64,000 nucleotides of DNA from the NCBI GenBank assembly GCA_938004185.1, contig CALKWN010000065.1:315111-379110 (forward strand), read 5' to 3'. Every line of letters starts with the position of its first letter. Within the stretch, counting starts at the first letter, position 1. The translations under genes were made by a program, and so were the position numbers. Source of the DNA: an uncultured candidate division WWE3 bacterium (lineage in GTDB: Bacteria > Patescibacteriota > WWE3 > UBA101185 > UBA10185). The notes under the pieces were generated by a model, which was given only the letters and a program-made list of their open reading frames with translations, did no database searches and was not told where the DNA came from. Below are positions 56,447 through 64,000 of the stretch, one piece after another.

Positions 56447-58729
56447 TTATTTTTTCTTTTTGCCGCCGAGCACCTTTTTTTCAGCGTTGTACACAATTTC
56501 TCTGGTCTTTTCTATAACATCCGGGCTAACTGAAACGGATGTAACACCCCAGTCAACCAACATTTCAACCAGTTCTGGGAACACCGAGGGTGCTTGGCCA
56601 CAAACTGAGCAGGTTATCTTTCTTTTTCGGCAGGTTGTAACAATTTTTTCGAGTGAGGCTAAAACAGCCGGGTTCATTTCACTGTAAGTGTCGGCGACCT
56701 TTTCATTGTCTCTGTCAACACCAAGAGTAAGCATTGTTAGATCGTTTGTTCCGATTGAAACTCCATCGATACCTTCGTCAATAAATTCATCGAGTAAAAT
56801 AACGTTAGAGGGAATTTCTACCATCATCCAGAATTTGAACATGCCGCTTCTCCTTAAACCTCCAGCGCTTAACAATTTCTTGACTTCACGAAGTTGATCA
56901 ACCGTCCTTACAAAAGGCATCATCACCCAAAAATTCTTTAGACCTTTTTTATTTCTAACAATTTTTATAGCTTCGATCTCCATTTCGAGAACATCGGGCT
57001 CTTTCAAATAGCGTGAAACTCCGCGGTAACCTATCATCGGGTTGGGCTCTTCCTGTTCGAATTCTTTTCCTCCTACAAGATTTGCGTATTCATTTGATTT
57101 AAAGTCGTTGAATCTGTAGACTACCGGTCTGGGATAAAAAGCCTCGGCGAATTTTTCCATGCCTTCTGCTAATTGATTTATATACTCCTTCTTCTTTTTG
57201 TCCTTTATGAATTTCATGGGGTGTTTGCCGATCTGAGCCATTATAAATTCGGCTCTAAGCAAACCAACACCATCAACATTTCTTTGCGACATTTCGCCGG
57301 CCAATTCGGGTTCGGCAAGATTCATATAAATTTTTGTGGCTGTCTTTATATTTTTAACGTCAATGCTGGATTGTTTTACATCCTTTACCTGCGATATATC
57401 TCCTTCAAATACTTTACCTTCCGCTCCATCGACAGTTATTAGCTCTCCCTTGGTTAGCATTTTTGTTGCGTGACTTGTACCCACAACCGCAGGGATACCT
57501 AATTCGCGGCTTACAATTGCTGCGTGGCTTGTCCTTCCTCCGAGGTCTGTTACTATCGCACTTGCCCTTTTCATGGCAGGTACGTAGTCGGGATTTGTCA
57601 TTTCAGCTACAAGCACGTCGCCCTCTTTTACCAAATTTATTTCTTTCGGACTTTTTATTATCTGAACTTTTCCGACTCCGACACCCGGAGAAGCAGCTAA
57701 ACCTTCAAGTAATACTTTTGCTTTTTTGCTTGAGTCTATACCTAATTCAGTTTCTTTTTGTTGTAATGTTGTTACGGGTCTGGACTGAACGATGTACATT
57801 TTTCCATCTTCAACTCCGTATTCAATATCCTGAGGCCTTCCGTAGTGCTCTTCAATTTTCATACCTAGGTGGGCTAGCTCAACAATTTGTTTATTGGTTA
57901 ATTTTTGAACCTGCTGATATTTTTTTGATATCGGAGTATTTCCGGCAAGTGTCAGTTGCCAGGTTTGTTTTGCAATGTATCTCGAAACTATTTTTCCGGT
58001 TTTTTTATTTACTATGTACTGATCAGGAGTTACCTCTCCTGAAACCACGGGCTGACCTAAACCGAAGGCGGCTTCTATTGAAACCTCTTCTTTGTTATTC
58101 GTTAAAGGATTGACGGTAAACATTATTCCCGAGAAATCGGATTGAACCATGAGCTGAACGGGAACAGCAATTCCTACTTTTAAGTGTGAGTATTTATTTG
58201 TTTCGCGGTAAAAAATAGCTCTTGCTTCAAATAAGGACGCCCAGCATTCCTGAACCTTCTTAACTACCTCTTTCCACCCTTTTATATTAAGGTATGTTTC
58301 CTGTTGTCCGGCAAAGGATGCGTCGGGCAGGTCTTCCGCGGTTGCAGAACTCCTGACGGCAACGTACCTGTCGTTCTCACCGCACAAATGGTGGTAATAC
58401 TCCTTTATTTTTTCTGCAAGATCAGTGGGAAGTTCTGCTGCCATTATGGCCGTCTTTATGCGCTTCGAAGCTTCCTGAAGTTTTTTAGAGTCATCAACGT
58501 CTAAACCTGATAACTCATGCATAATTTTTTCTTTGAGTGAGGTTGCATTTAGGAATTCGTAATAGGCACCGGCAGTTACTACAAATCCGTCGGGAACCGG
58601 GATTTTTGCATTGACCATCTCACCGAGGTTTGCGCCCTTTCCTCCGACCAGACCGATGTCTTTCTTACCAACTTCCTTAAACCATAGTATTGGGGCAGTA
58701 TTTTTATTCATATAGAAATAATATAACAA
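56447..58729 (-). CDS. ppsA: Phosphoenolpyruvate synthase / PEP-utilising dikinase
   Basis: PPDK_N ATP-grasp (LVGGKGANLGEM), phosphohistidine domain (GGRTSHAAIVSRELGIPAVVG), C-terminal PEP-utilising TIM barrel. 760 aa. Confidence 0.85.
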   Translation of the reverse strand: MLYYFYMNKNTAPILWFKEVGKKDIGLVGGKGANLGEMVNAKIPVPDGFVVTAGAYYEFLNATSLKEKIMHELSGLDVDDSKKLQEASKRIKTAIMAAELPTDLAEKIKEYYHHLCGENDRYVAVRSSATAEDLPDASFAGQQETYLNIKGWKEVVKKVQECWASLFEARAIFYRETNKYSHLKVGIAVPVQLMVQSDFSGIMFTVNPLTNNKEEVSIEAAFGLGQPVVSGEVTPDQYIVNKKTGKIVSRYIAKQTWQLTLAGNTPISKKYQQVQKLTNKQIVELAHLGMKIEEHYGRPQDIEYGVEDGKMYIVQSRPVTTLQQKETELGIDSSKKAKVLLEGLAASPGVGVGKVQIIKSPKEINLVKEGDVLVAEMTNPDYVPAMKRASAIVTDLGGRTSHAAIVSRELGIPAVVGTSHATKMLTKGELITVDGAEGKVFEGDISQVKDVKQSSIDVKNIKTATKIYMNLAEPELAGEMSQRNVDGVGLLRAEFIMAQIGKHPMKFIKDKKKKEYINQLAEGMEKFAEAFYPRPVVYRFNDFKSNEYANLVGGKEFEQEEPNPMIGYRGVSRYLKEPDVLEMEIEAIKIVRNKKGLKNFWVMMPFVRTVDQLREVKKLLSAGGLRRSGMFKFWMMVEIPSNVILLDEFIDEGIDGVSIGTNDLTMLTLGVDRDNEKVADTYSEMNPAVLASLEKIVTTCRKRKITCSVCGQAPSVFPELVEMLVDWGVTSVSVSPDVIEKTREIVYNAEKKVLGGKKKK

Positions 58730-58757
58730 AATGGCGGGTTTTGTAACCCAAATGGGG

Positions 58758-60131
58758 CTAAAATTCGAGAGAGTGCGGTTTTAATAACAACCTTACTTCG
58801 TTTTTTACCTTTTCAAGTTCTTCTTCCGAAGCGGCTTCTACACGAATCCCTAAAAACGGAGATGTGTTTTTTGCTCTTATCAAAAACCATGCTGTATCCG
58901 ATATGCTTGCCCTTACACCGTCAACGAAATTTTTCCTTGAGAATTTTTCGGAATTTTTTACTTCTTCTATTATCTTGAAAACAACGGTGAACTTTTCTGT
59001 GTCAGGACAAGGTACTTTTATTTCGGGTGAGCTCGTGCGTTCTGGAAATTCCTGCATTAACCCGCCAATCCCAGATTTTTCTTTATCCATGATTTCCAAG
59101 ACTCTGCAAATAGCGTATATTCCATCGTCGTATCCGAAATACCTATCGCCGAAATAAGTATGGCCTGAAAATTCAACTCCGAAGGTTGCTTCTTTTGATG
59201 TTATCTTTTGTATAAAAAAAGATCTTCCGGTTCTTACAATTTCCGGGTCTCCGCCGTAATTCTTTATTATATCTTCGGCTAAAGAAGTGCATTTAACATC
59301 GTAAGCGATCTTGGAGCCGGGAAAATCTTTAAGAATATATTTGGAAAATAGCAATAGAGCTCTGTCTGTTTCGTATGATTTGCCCTTTTCGTCGACCATT
59401 AAAAAACGATCTCCATCCCCGTCTAATCCGAAACCCGCATCTGCTCCCGAAGCTAAAACCGCAGATGTTGTCTGTTCAACAAAATGCGGCTCTTCCGGAT
59501 CCGGAGTACCATTAGGAAAAGTACCGTCTAATTCAAGGTTTACAGGCACTATCTCTAAACCGAGCTCCGTAAATACTTTTCGGGCTAAATCGCCGGTTGA
59601 GCCGTTGCCCGTGTTTAAAACAATCTTGAATTTTTTGCTAAAAGAAAAACTGTCCTTTACAAATTTTATATATTCGTCTGTAAAATCTTTTTCTTCATAA
59701 GATCCTGTGCCTGTTTCATAATTTTCGGATTCAATTATGTTTGCTATTTCCTGAACTCCCTCGCCGTAAATAGGGGCAGCTTTTGCATATTCAATTTTTA
59801 CGCCGTTGTATTCCTTTGTGTTGTGGCTTGCGGTAATGTATACCCCGCCGTCAAAATCTTTAGTGGTGGTATAAAAATGGATTAGGGGATACGGCAGTGT
59901 GCCCACGAAGGTCACGTCGCACCCGGTGCTTTGCAGACCTTCGGATAATTTTTGAGTGAGCTCGGGAGAACTGGCTCTGTTATCCATTCCCAAAACAATT
60001 TTTGATAAATTTTTCTTTCGATATATTGTACCTACGGCCTTTCCAATATGGTAAAAAAGCTCGCCGTCAATATCTTGTCCGTATATGCCGCGGATGTCAT
60101 ATTCTCTAAAAATCATTCTATTAATTTTCAT
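58758..60131 (-). CDS. Phosphoglucomutase/phosphomannomutase (alpha-D-phosphohexomutase)
   Basis: Active-site TASHN, metal loop GLDGDGDR, sugar-binding GEFSGH-like region. Confidence 0.85.
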   Translation of the reverse strand: MKINRMIFREYDIRGIYGQDIDGELFYHIGKAVGTIYRKKNLSKIVLGMDNRASSPELTQKLSEGLQSTGCDVTFVGTLPYPLIHFYTTTKDFDGGVYITASHNTKEYNGVKIEYAKAAPIYGEGVQEIANIIESENYETGTGSYEEKDFTDEYIKFVKDSFSFSKKFKIVLNTGNGSTGDLARKVFTELGLEIVPVNLELDGTFPNGTPDPEEPHFVEQTTSAVLASGADAGFGLDGDGDRFLMVDEKGKSYETDRALLLFSKYILKDFPGSKIAYDVKCTSLAEDIIKNYGGDPEIVRTGRSFFIQKITSKEATFGVEFSGHTYFGDRYFGYDDGIYAICRVLEIMDKEKSGIGGLMQEFPERTSSPEIKVPCPDTEKFTVVFKIIEEVKNSEKFSRKNFVDGVRASISDTAWFLIRAKNTSPFLGIRVEAASEEELEKVKNEVRLLLKPHSLEF

Positions 60132-60133
60132 TT

Positions 60134-60967
60134 TTATAGGGGCAGTGTGAAGATAAACTTAGTTCCCTGAGGCTTGTTGTCTTCCAACCAAATAGAACCC
60201 TTGTGTGATTCTACTATAGCTTTGACAATAACCAAACCCAACCCGGTGCCTCTTTCTCTTACTTTTGTATGATTTGACGCTTGACTAAACGGCTTGAAAA
60301 GACGTTCTTTGTCTTCATCGGCTATTCCGATACCGGTATCGGCAACTGTTATGCTAGCGTGATGATCATACCTACCGGTAGATATTGTAACTTTACCTCC
60401 CTCTTGGGTAAATTTCATTGCATTAGTAAGAAGATTATTTAAAACCTGTTTTAAACGCAGGGGGTCGAAACTGAAATTTCCAAAGTCTTCGTTAAGATTT
60501 AGTTCCAACTCAATTTTTTTGATTTTCGCGATCGGCTGGAAAGAAGCAACTTCCTCTTTTAAAACATCGTTTATATTTGCATAAACAACATTTATTTCAA
60601 ATTTTCCGCTTCCGATTTTTGAGAAATCTAGTATGTCAGCAACGGTTTTTAACATCGTGTCTGAGTTTTCACGGATTTGAACTAAAAGTTCGTGTATTTG
60701 ATCGGCGTCCATGGAGGCCGCTTCTTTTAAAATAAGGTCAGAGGCTCCTCTGACAACAGACAGTGGGGCTCTCAATTCGTGGATAAAAATGGGGACATAG
60801 TCGGCATTTCCGTCAAAATAAGATTTTTGCTCACCCCGACCGTCTTTTATATCGCCAATTTTACGGTGGAGCTTATTTAACTCTTCGTATTTGTGAAAAA
60901 GTACAGCAACAACTAAAACCAAGATTACTGATTCAGCTATAACGAGCCATATTATATAAGGTTCCAT
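60134..60967 (-). CDS. Sensor histidine kinase (single N-terminal TM, no obvious sensor domain)
   Basis: H-box HELRAPL. HATPase_c N/G1/G2 boxes (NLLTNAMKFT, DTGIGI, GTGLGL). Confidence 0.8.
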   Translation of the reverse strand: MEPYIIWLVIAESVILVLVVAVLFHKYEELNKLHRKIGDIKDGRGEQKSYFDGNADYVPIFIHELRAPLSVVRGASDLILKEAASMDADQIHELLVQIRENSDTMLKTVADILDFSKIGSGKFEINVVYANINDVLKEEVASFQPIAKIKKIELELNLNEDFGNFSFDPLRLKQVLNNLLTNAMKFTQEGGKVTISTGRYDHHASITVADTGIGIADEDKERLFKPFSQASNHTKVRERGTGLGLVIVKAIVESHKGSIWLEDNKPQGTKFIFTLPL

Positions 60968-60974
60968 AGGGCGG

Positions 60975-61376
60975 CTAACCCGTTACTTTTATGCCGGTAT
61001 CGGGCGTTTCCCCCAATAGTATGGCAATTTTCTCGGGCAGTTCTGAAGGTACTACATTATATTTCATGTAGTAGTCTTCGGCTCCGTATTCGACAGCTTT
61101 GTTGACATTCTCGTCGTTTCCGAAGTTTGTTAGCATAACAACCTTTATTTCCTTCGTATCAAGGTTTTCCTTCATTTCTTTGAGAATATCAAGACCGCTC
61201 ATACCCGGTAAAATAATGTCCATAAGGACTAAATCGGGCTTTTCGCGCATGATGGCGTCCATTGCTCTGGAGCCGTCGGCTACGTGGGCTACTTCGTAAC
61301 CCCTCATCTTAAGGGGCACAGAAAATATGTTAAAAAAACTTTCGTCGTCCTCTACGAACATGACTTTCTTTGGCAT
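60975..61376 (-). CDS. Single-domain response regulator (CheY-like receiver)
   Basis: Asp pocket (EDDE..., phospho-acceptor D in LVLMDIILPG), K in MLT..G region. No output domain. Confidence 0.8.
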   Translation of the reverse strand: MPKKVMFVEDDESFFNIFSVPLKMRGYEVAHVADGSRAMDAIMREKPDLVLMDIILPGMSGLDILKEMKENLDTKEIKVVMLTNFGNDENVNKAVEYGAEDYYMKYNVVPSELPEKIAILLGETPDTGIKVTG

Positions 61377-61452
61377 AAGTTAATAGTATAGGAAGAGTGG
61401 GTAGCAATTCAAGTCTTTTTTGCTACCGATTCTTCAACATTTAATATAGGCG

Positions 61453-61722
61453 CTAAAGATAACGGTTAATTTTCTCCAAATCCTTCGATCTTTCCGGTCT
61501 TTCTTGCCCTCTACTCATAATGTGGTAAGCCGCTAAAAGTGCTGCTTCTACACGATCTTTATCCACCTCATCGCCTTTAAAAGGCTCAAAATTACTTAAG
61601 AAATTATTTGCTACTTCGGTTAGGCTGGGTTCTTCAGCAACTGCACTTTTTAAATTTTGCGCGAAATATTCAAACGATTGATCTATACTTTCGTCGTTTG
61701 ATAAGATCTCATTATCTTCCAT
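61453..61722 (-). CDS. Acidic hypothetical protein (89 aa)
   Basis: ORF upstream of the RR/HK pair. No family recognised. Confidence 0.4.
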   Translation of the reverse strand: MEDNEILSNDESIDQSFEYFAQNLKSAVAEEPSLTEVANNFLSNFEPFKGDEVDKDRVEAALLAAYHIMSRGQERPERSKDLEKINRYL

Positions 61723-61864
61723 CTTCTTTATCCTCCCTAAATATATACTCGATTAGATACAGTTTACTACGATAAATAAGTATAAAGCAACAACGCAGGT
61801 ATTTACTATCAAACTTAACTATAGTGACAGCTCCCAACAAGCTGATATATTTAAATAGTTTTCT

Positions 61865-62923
61865 ATGAAAATGATAAAAGACACCTTAATTGTAGTATTC
61901 GCATTAGCATTTGTTCTTGCTGCAGGTTCCTTTTATATAAAATACGGGGATAAACTTAAAAATAATGATTCTACCGCACTTCTTCCGAACCCTGTAAAAG
62001 CTAACACCTCCGATGATAAGCCTTTTTCTTATCCCAGCATTTTCCAAAAAGATCCGCTTATAAATATTCTGTTAATAGGTACTGACACAAGTCTTGAAAG
62101 AAGAAGCAACGGCGTTTATGGTTTTAACACCGACGCTACCATATTGGTAAGTATCGATACCCAAACAAAACAGGTTCTTCTCACATCCGTACCTAGAGAT
62201 CTTTGGGTAAACGGTAATAAGATAAACGCCCTATACATTTTATCCGGGTGGGACGGTCTAAAAAATGCTTACGAAACAATTACCGGGCTTGAAATAGGCG
62301 GGTATATAATGGCCGATTTTGATAGCTTCCGCTGGCTTGTTACTCAAATAGGCGGCGTAAATGTAGAAATAAAAAACAGTTTCACGGATTACTCTTTTCC
62401 GAACTACCAGGATACAGACATAGAGCAGGTTTCATTCACTGAGGGCTCGGAATTGATGACAGCGGACCGCGCTCTTACCTACGCCAGGTCAAGAAAAGGC
62501 ACAAACGGAGAAGGAAGTGATTTGATGAGGGCAAAAAGGCAACATCTCATACTACAGGGAATTGTAAATTCTTTTGATAATCCCTTAAATACTATGGCTA
62601 AAATGGACATAAAAGAAGTATTTGAAATATTAACGAAACACATGAGTACCAGTCTTACGGTAGATGATGCAATATATCTTTGGGATTTTTACGCTTACAG
62701 AAATGAGTACAATGTAAGATCTTTTGTTCTTGATGATAAATATCTTTATCACCCGGGTGTATATCCAGAAAGTACTTATACGGCGTGGGTTTTTCTTCCT
62801 AGAAATCCCACATACCAAGACATTCACGATGCGATAAAACTTCAACTTGAGGGAAAAGATATTACCGAGCCTGATATTTCAAATCCTTCGACTGAACAGG
62901 GAACGGAAACTATTACGGAATAG
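61865..62923 (+). CDS. LytR-CpsA-Psr (LCP) family cell-envelope phosphotransferase
   Basis: N-terminal TM. LCP core (LLIGTDTS..R..G..TDATILVSID, LTSVPRDLWV). Confidence 0.8.
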   Translation: MKMIKDTLIVVFALAFVLAAGSFYIKYGDKLKNNDSTALLPNPVKANTSDDKPFSYPSIFQKDPLINILLIGTDTSLERRSNGVYGFNTDATILVSIDTQTKQVLLTSVPRDLWVNGNKINALYILSGWDGLKNAYETITGLEIGGYIMADFDSFRWLVTQIGGVNVEIKNSFTDYSFPNYQDTDIEQVSFTEGSELMTADRALTYARSRKGTNGEGSDLMRAKRQHLILQGIVNSFDNPLNTMAKMDIKEVFEILTKHMSTSLTVDDAIYLWDFYAYRNEYNVRSFVLDDKYLYHPGVYPESTYTAWVFLPRNPTYQDIHDAIKLQLEGKDITEPDISNPSTEQGTETITE

Positions 62924-63272
62924 AAATATTTTTGTAGTGTTTTAATAAATAGGCTGAACCGTCCTTTACAATTCCTACAAAATCAAAGCGCCAATCGGCT
63001 CCCAACAAACGATGTCTTAACAAAAAATAATTAGAGGTGTGATACCACTTAAGCCTTTTTCTTCTCGTCAGCATAACCGAAGGATCTTCCTGCAAATTTT
63101 TTGACAATGTTTTAACCTCGACAAAAATTAGTTTTTCTTTGTAGGCAATTATGTCCAGCTCTCCGGCGTAACAATACCAATTTCTTTTAATAATTTTGTA
63201 CCCCTTTGATTTCAGGTATTTTTCGGCAATAATTTCGCCTTTTCGTCCTGTCTGAATATTTGGTAAGGACAC
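62913..63272 (-). CDS. YraN/UPF0102 family endonuclease-like protein
   Basis: GRKGEIIAEKYLKSKGYKI...GELDIIA..LIFVEVK motif. Confidence 0.7.
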   Translation of the reverse strand: MSLPNIQTGRKGEIIAEKYLKSKGYKIIKRNWYCYAGELDIIAYKEKLIFVEVKTLSKNLQEDPSVMLTRRKRLKWYHTSNYFLLRHRLLGADWRFDFVGIVKDGSAYLLKHYKNISIP

Positions 63273-63324
63273 CCATCTAAATTACACTCACAAAATAAAA
63301 TCGTGAATATCCGAAATTCTAATG

Positions 63325-64000
63325 TTATTGGGAAACAGATGCGGGAATTTTATCGGGCGCGATTCCGTAATATTTTACCAATTCATTTAGAATATCCATC
63401 CATAATGGAACGGATGTAAGAGCGGCGTAAACCGAAGATTTAGGCTCCTCGAGTTTTACTATCATGGAAATGCGTTTGTTACCTGAAAGAAAACCCACAA
63501 AGGTGGCGTTTGTTTTATCATCGGCATATCCACCGGCCTCAGGAACCTGAGCGGTACCAGTTTTCCCGGCGATTTTGTAATCTTTTATTACGTAATACTT
63601 TGCCTCACCACTTTCTGCGGCGCTTTCAAGCATTTTAACCATTTCCTTAGAGGTCTCTTCGCTTATTACCCTTCTTATAGGTTTGGGATTTATTTGAAGT
63701 AATTTTGTACCATCGTTTATACCGGAAATAATGTTGGGTTGATACAAAGTCCCCCCGTTTGCGATAACATTGAAAGCATTGAGAACCTGCAGAGGAGTGG
63801 CTGAAATACCCTGACCAAATGAAATATTTGCCAAACCTACATCCGACCAGGTTGAAGCTTCATGCAGAGTACCGGTATCTTCTCCCTGTAGCTCTATTCC
63901 CGTTATTGTACCGAAACCGAAATTGCTCAAATAAGATCTCAGTTTTTCTGCACCCACCTTATGACCCACCCACGAAGCTCCAATATTGTTAGACAGTTCG
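63325..64000 (-). CDS. Class B penicillin-binding protein transpeptidase domain, 5'-truncated by the window edge (PBP2/FtsI-like)
   Basis: C-terminal transpeptidase motifs (KTGTAQV, SFGQGIS). The reading frame stays open to the window end. Confidence 0.7.
   Translation of the reverse strand, partial: ELSNNIGASWVGHKVGAEKLRSYLSNFGFGTITGIELQGEDTGTLHEASTWSDVGLANISFGQGISATPLQVLNAFNVIANGGTLYQPNIISGINDGTKLLQINPKPIRRVISEETSKEMVKMLESAAESGEAKYYVIKDYKIAGKTGTAQVPEAGGYADDKTNATFVGFLSGNKRISMIVKLEEPKSSVYAALTSVPLWMDILNELVKYYGIAPDKIPASVSQ

Noticed and set aside
61398-61425. GGTAGCAA...TTGCTACC hairpin between the acidic ORF and the response regulator as a terminator
   Set aside because: The stem is good (8 bp), but on the minus strand it is not followed by a clean U-run. 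It may be a processing or pause site at best.

Overview
AT-rich (~38-40% GC), gene-dense bacterial window. Its style suggests a reduced genome, possibly CPR/Patescibacteria-like; this is an inference from compactness, weak Shine-Dalgarno use and CCA-encoding tRNAs. Most genes are on the minus strand and are core functions. These include rplS, a ClpE-type AAA+ chaperone, a Klenow-like PolA, gatC-gatA-(unknown ORF)-gatB, htpX/NUDIX/lemA, a PolX-PHP polymerase, rplU/rpmA, ileS, an nrdJ + PduO-type adenosyltransferase operon, and a division/cell-wall cluster (ftsZ, ftsA, ftsQ, murG, ftsW, mraY, murA, secG). Also present are uvrC, a uvrB-PBP1A-uvrA operon divergent from lexA, enolase, PEP synthase, phosphohexomutase and a histidine-kinase/receiver pair. 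Four tRNA genes were found by hand folding: Asp-GTC, Gly-CCC and Thr-CGT on the plus strand and Val-CAC on the minus strand, all with encoded CCA. Accessory-looking content includes a surface-glycan cluster (galU, Ig-like protein, O-antigen ligase, Wzx flippase, membrane-anchored GH5-like and GH18-like hydrolases, an ATP-grasp ligase), a transglutaminase-like secreted protein and LysM/LCP envelope proteins. Three observations stand out. First, a 21-bp exact direct repeat of the tRNA-Gly 3' end lies 150 bp downstream of that tRNA, which looks like an att-site scar. Second, a ~300-nt relatively GC-rich region with its own promoter and intrinsic terminator lies between uvrB and lexA, and is a candidate structured ncRNA. 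Third, a 131-aa ORF with an Rx4H (HEPN-like) motif is wedged inside the gatCAB operon. No CRISPR array, rRNA or obvious transposase/integrase gene was seen.
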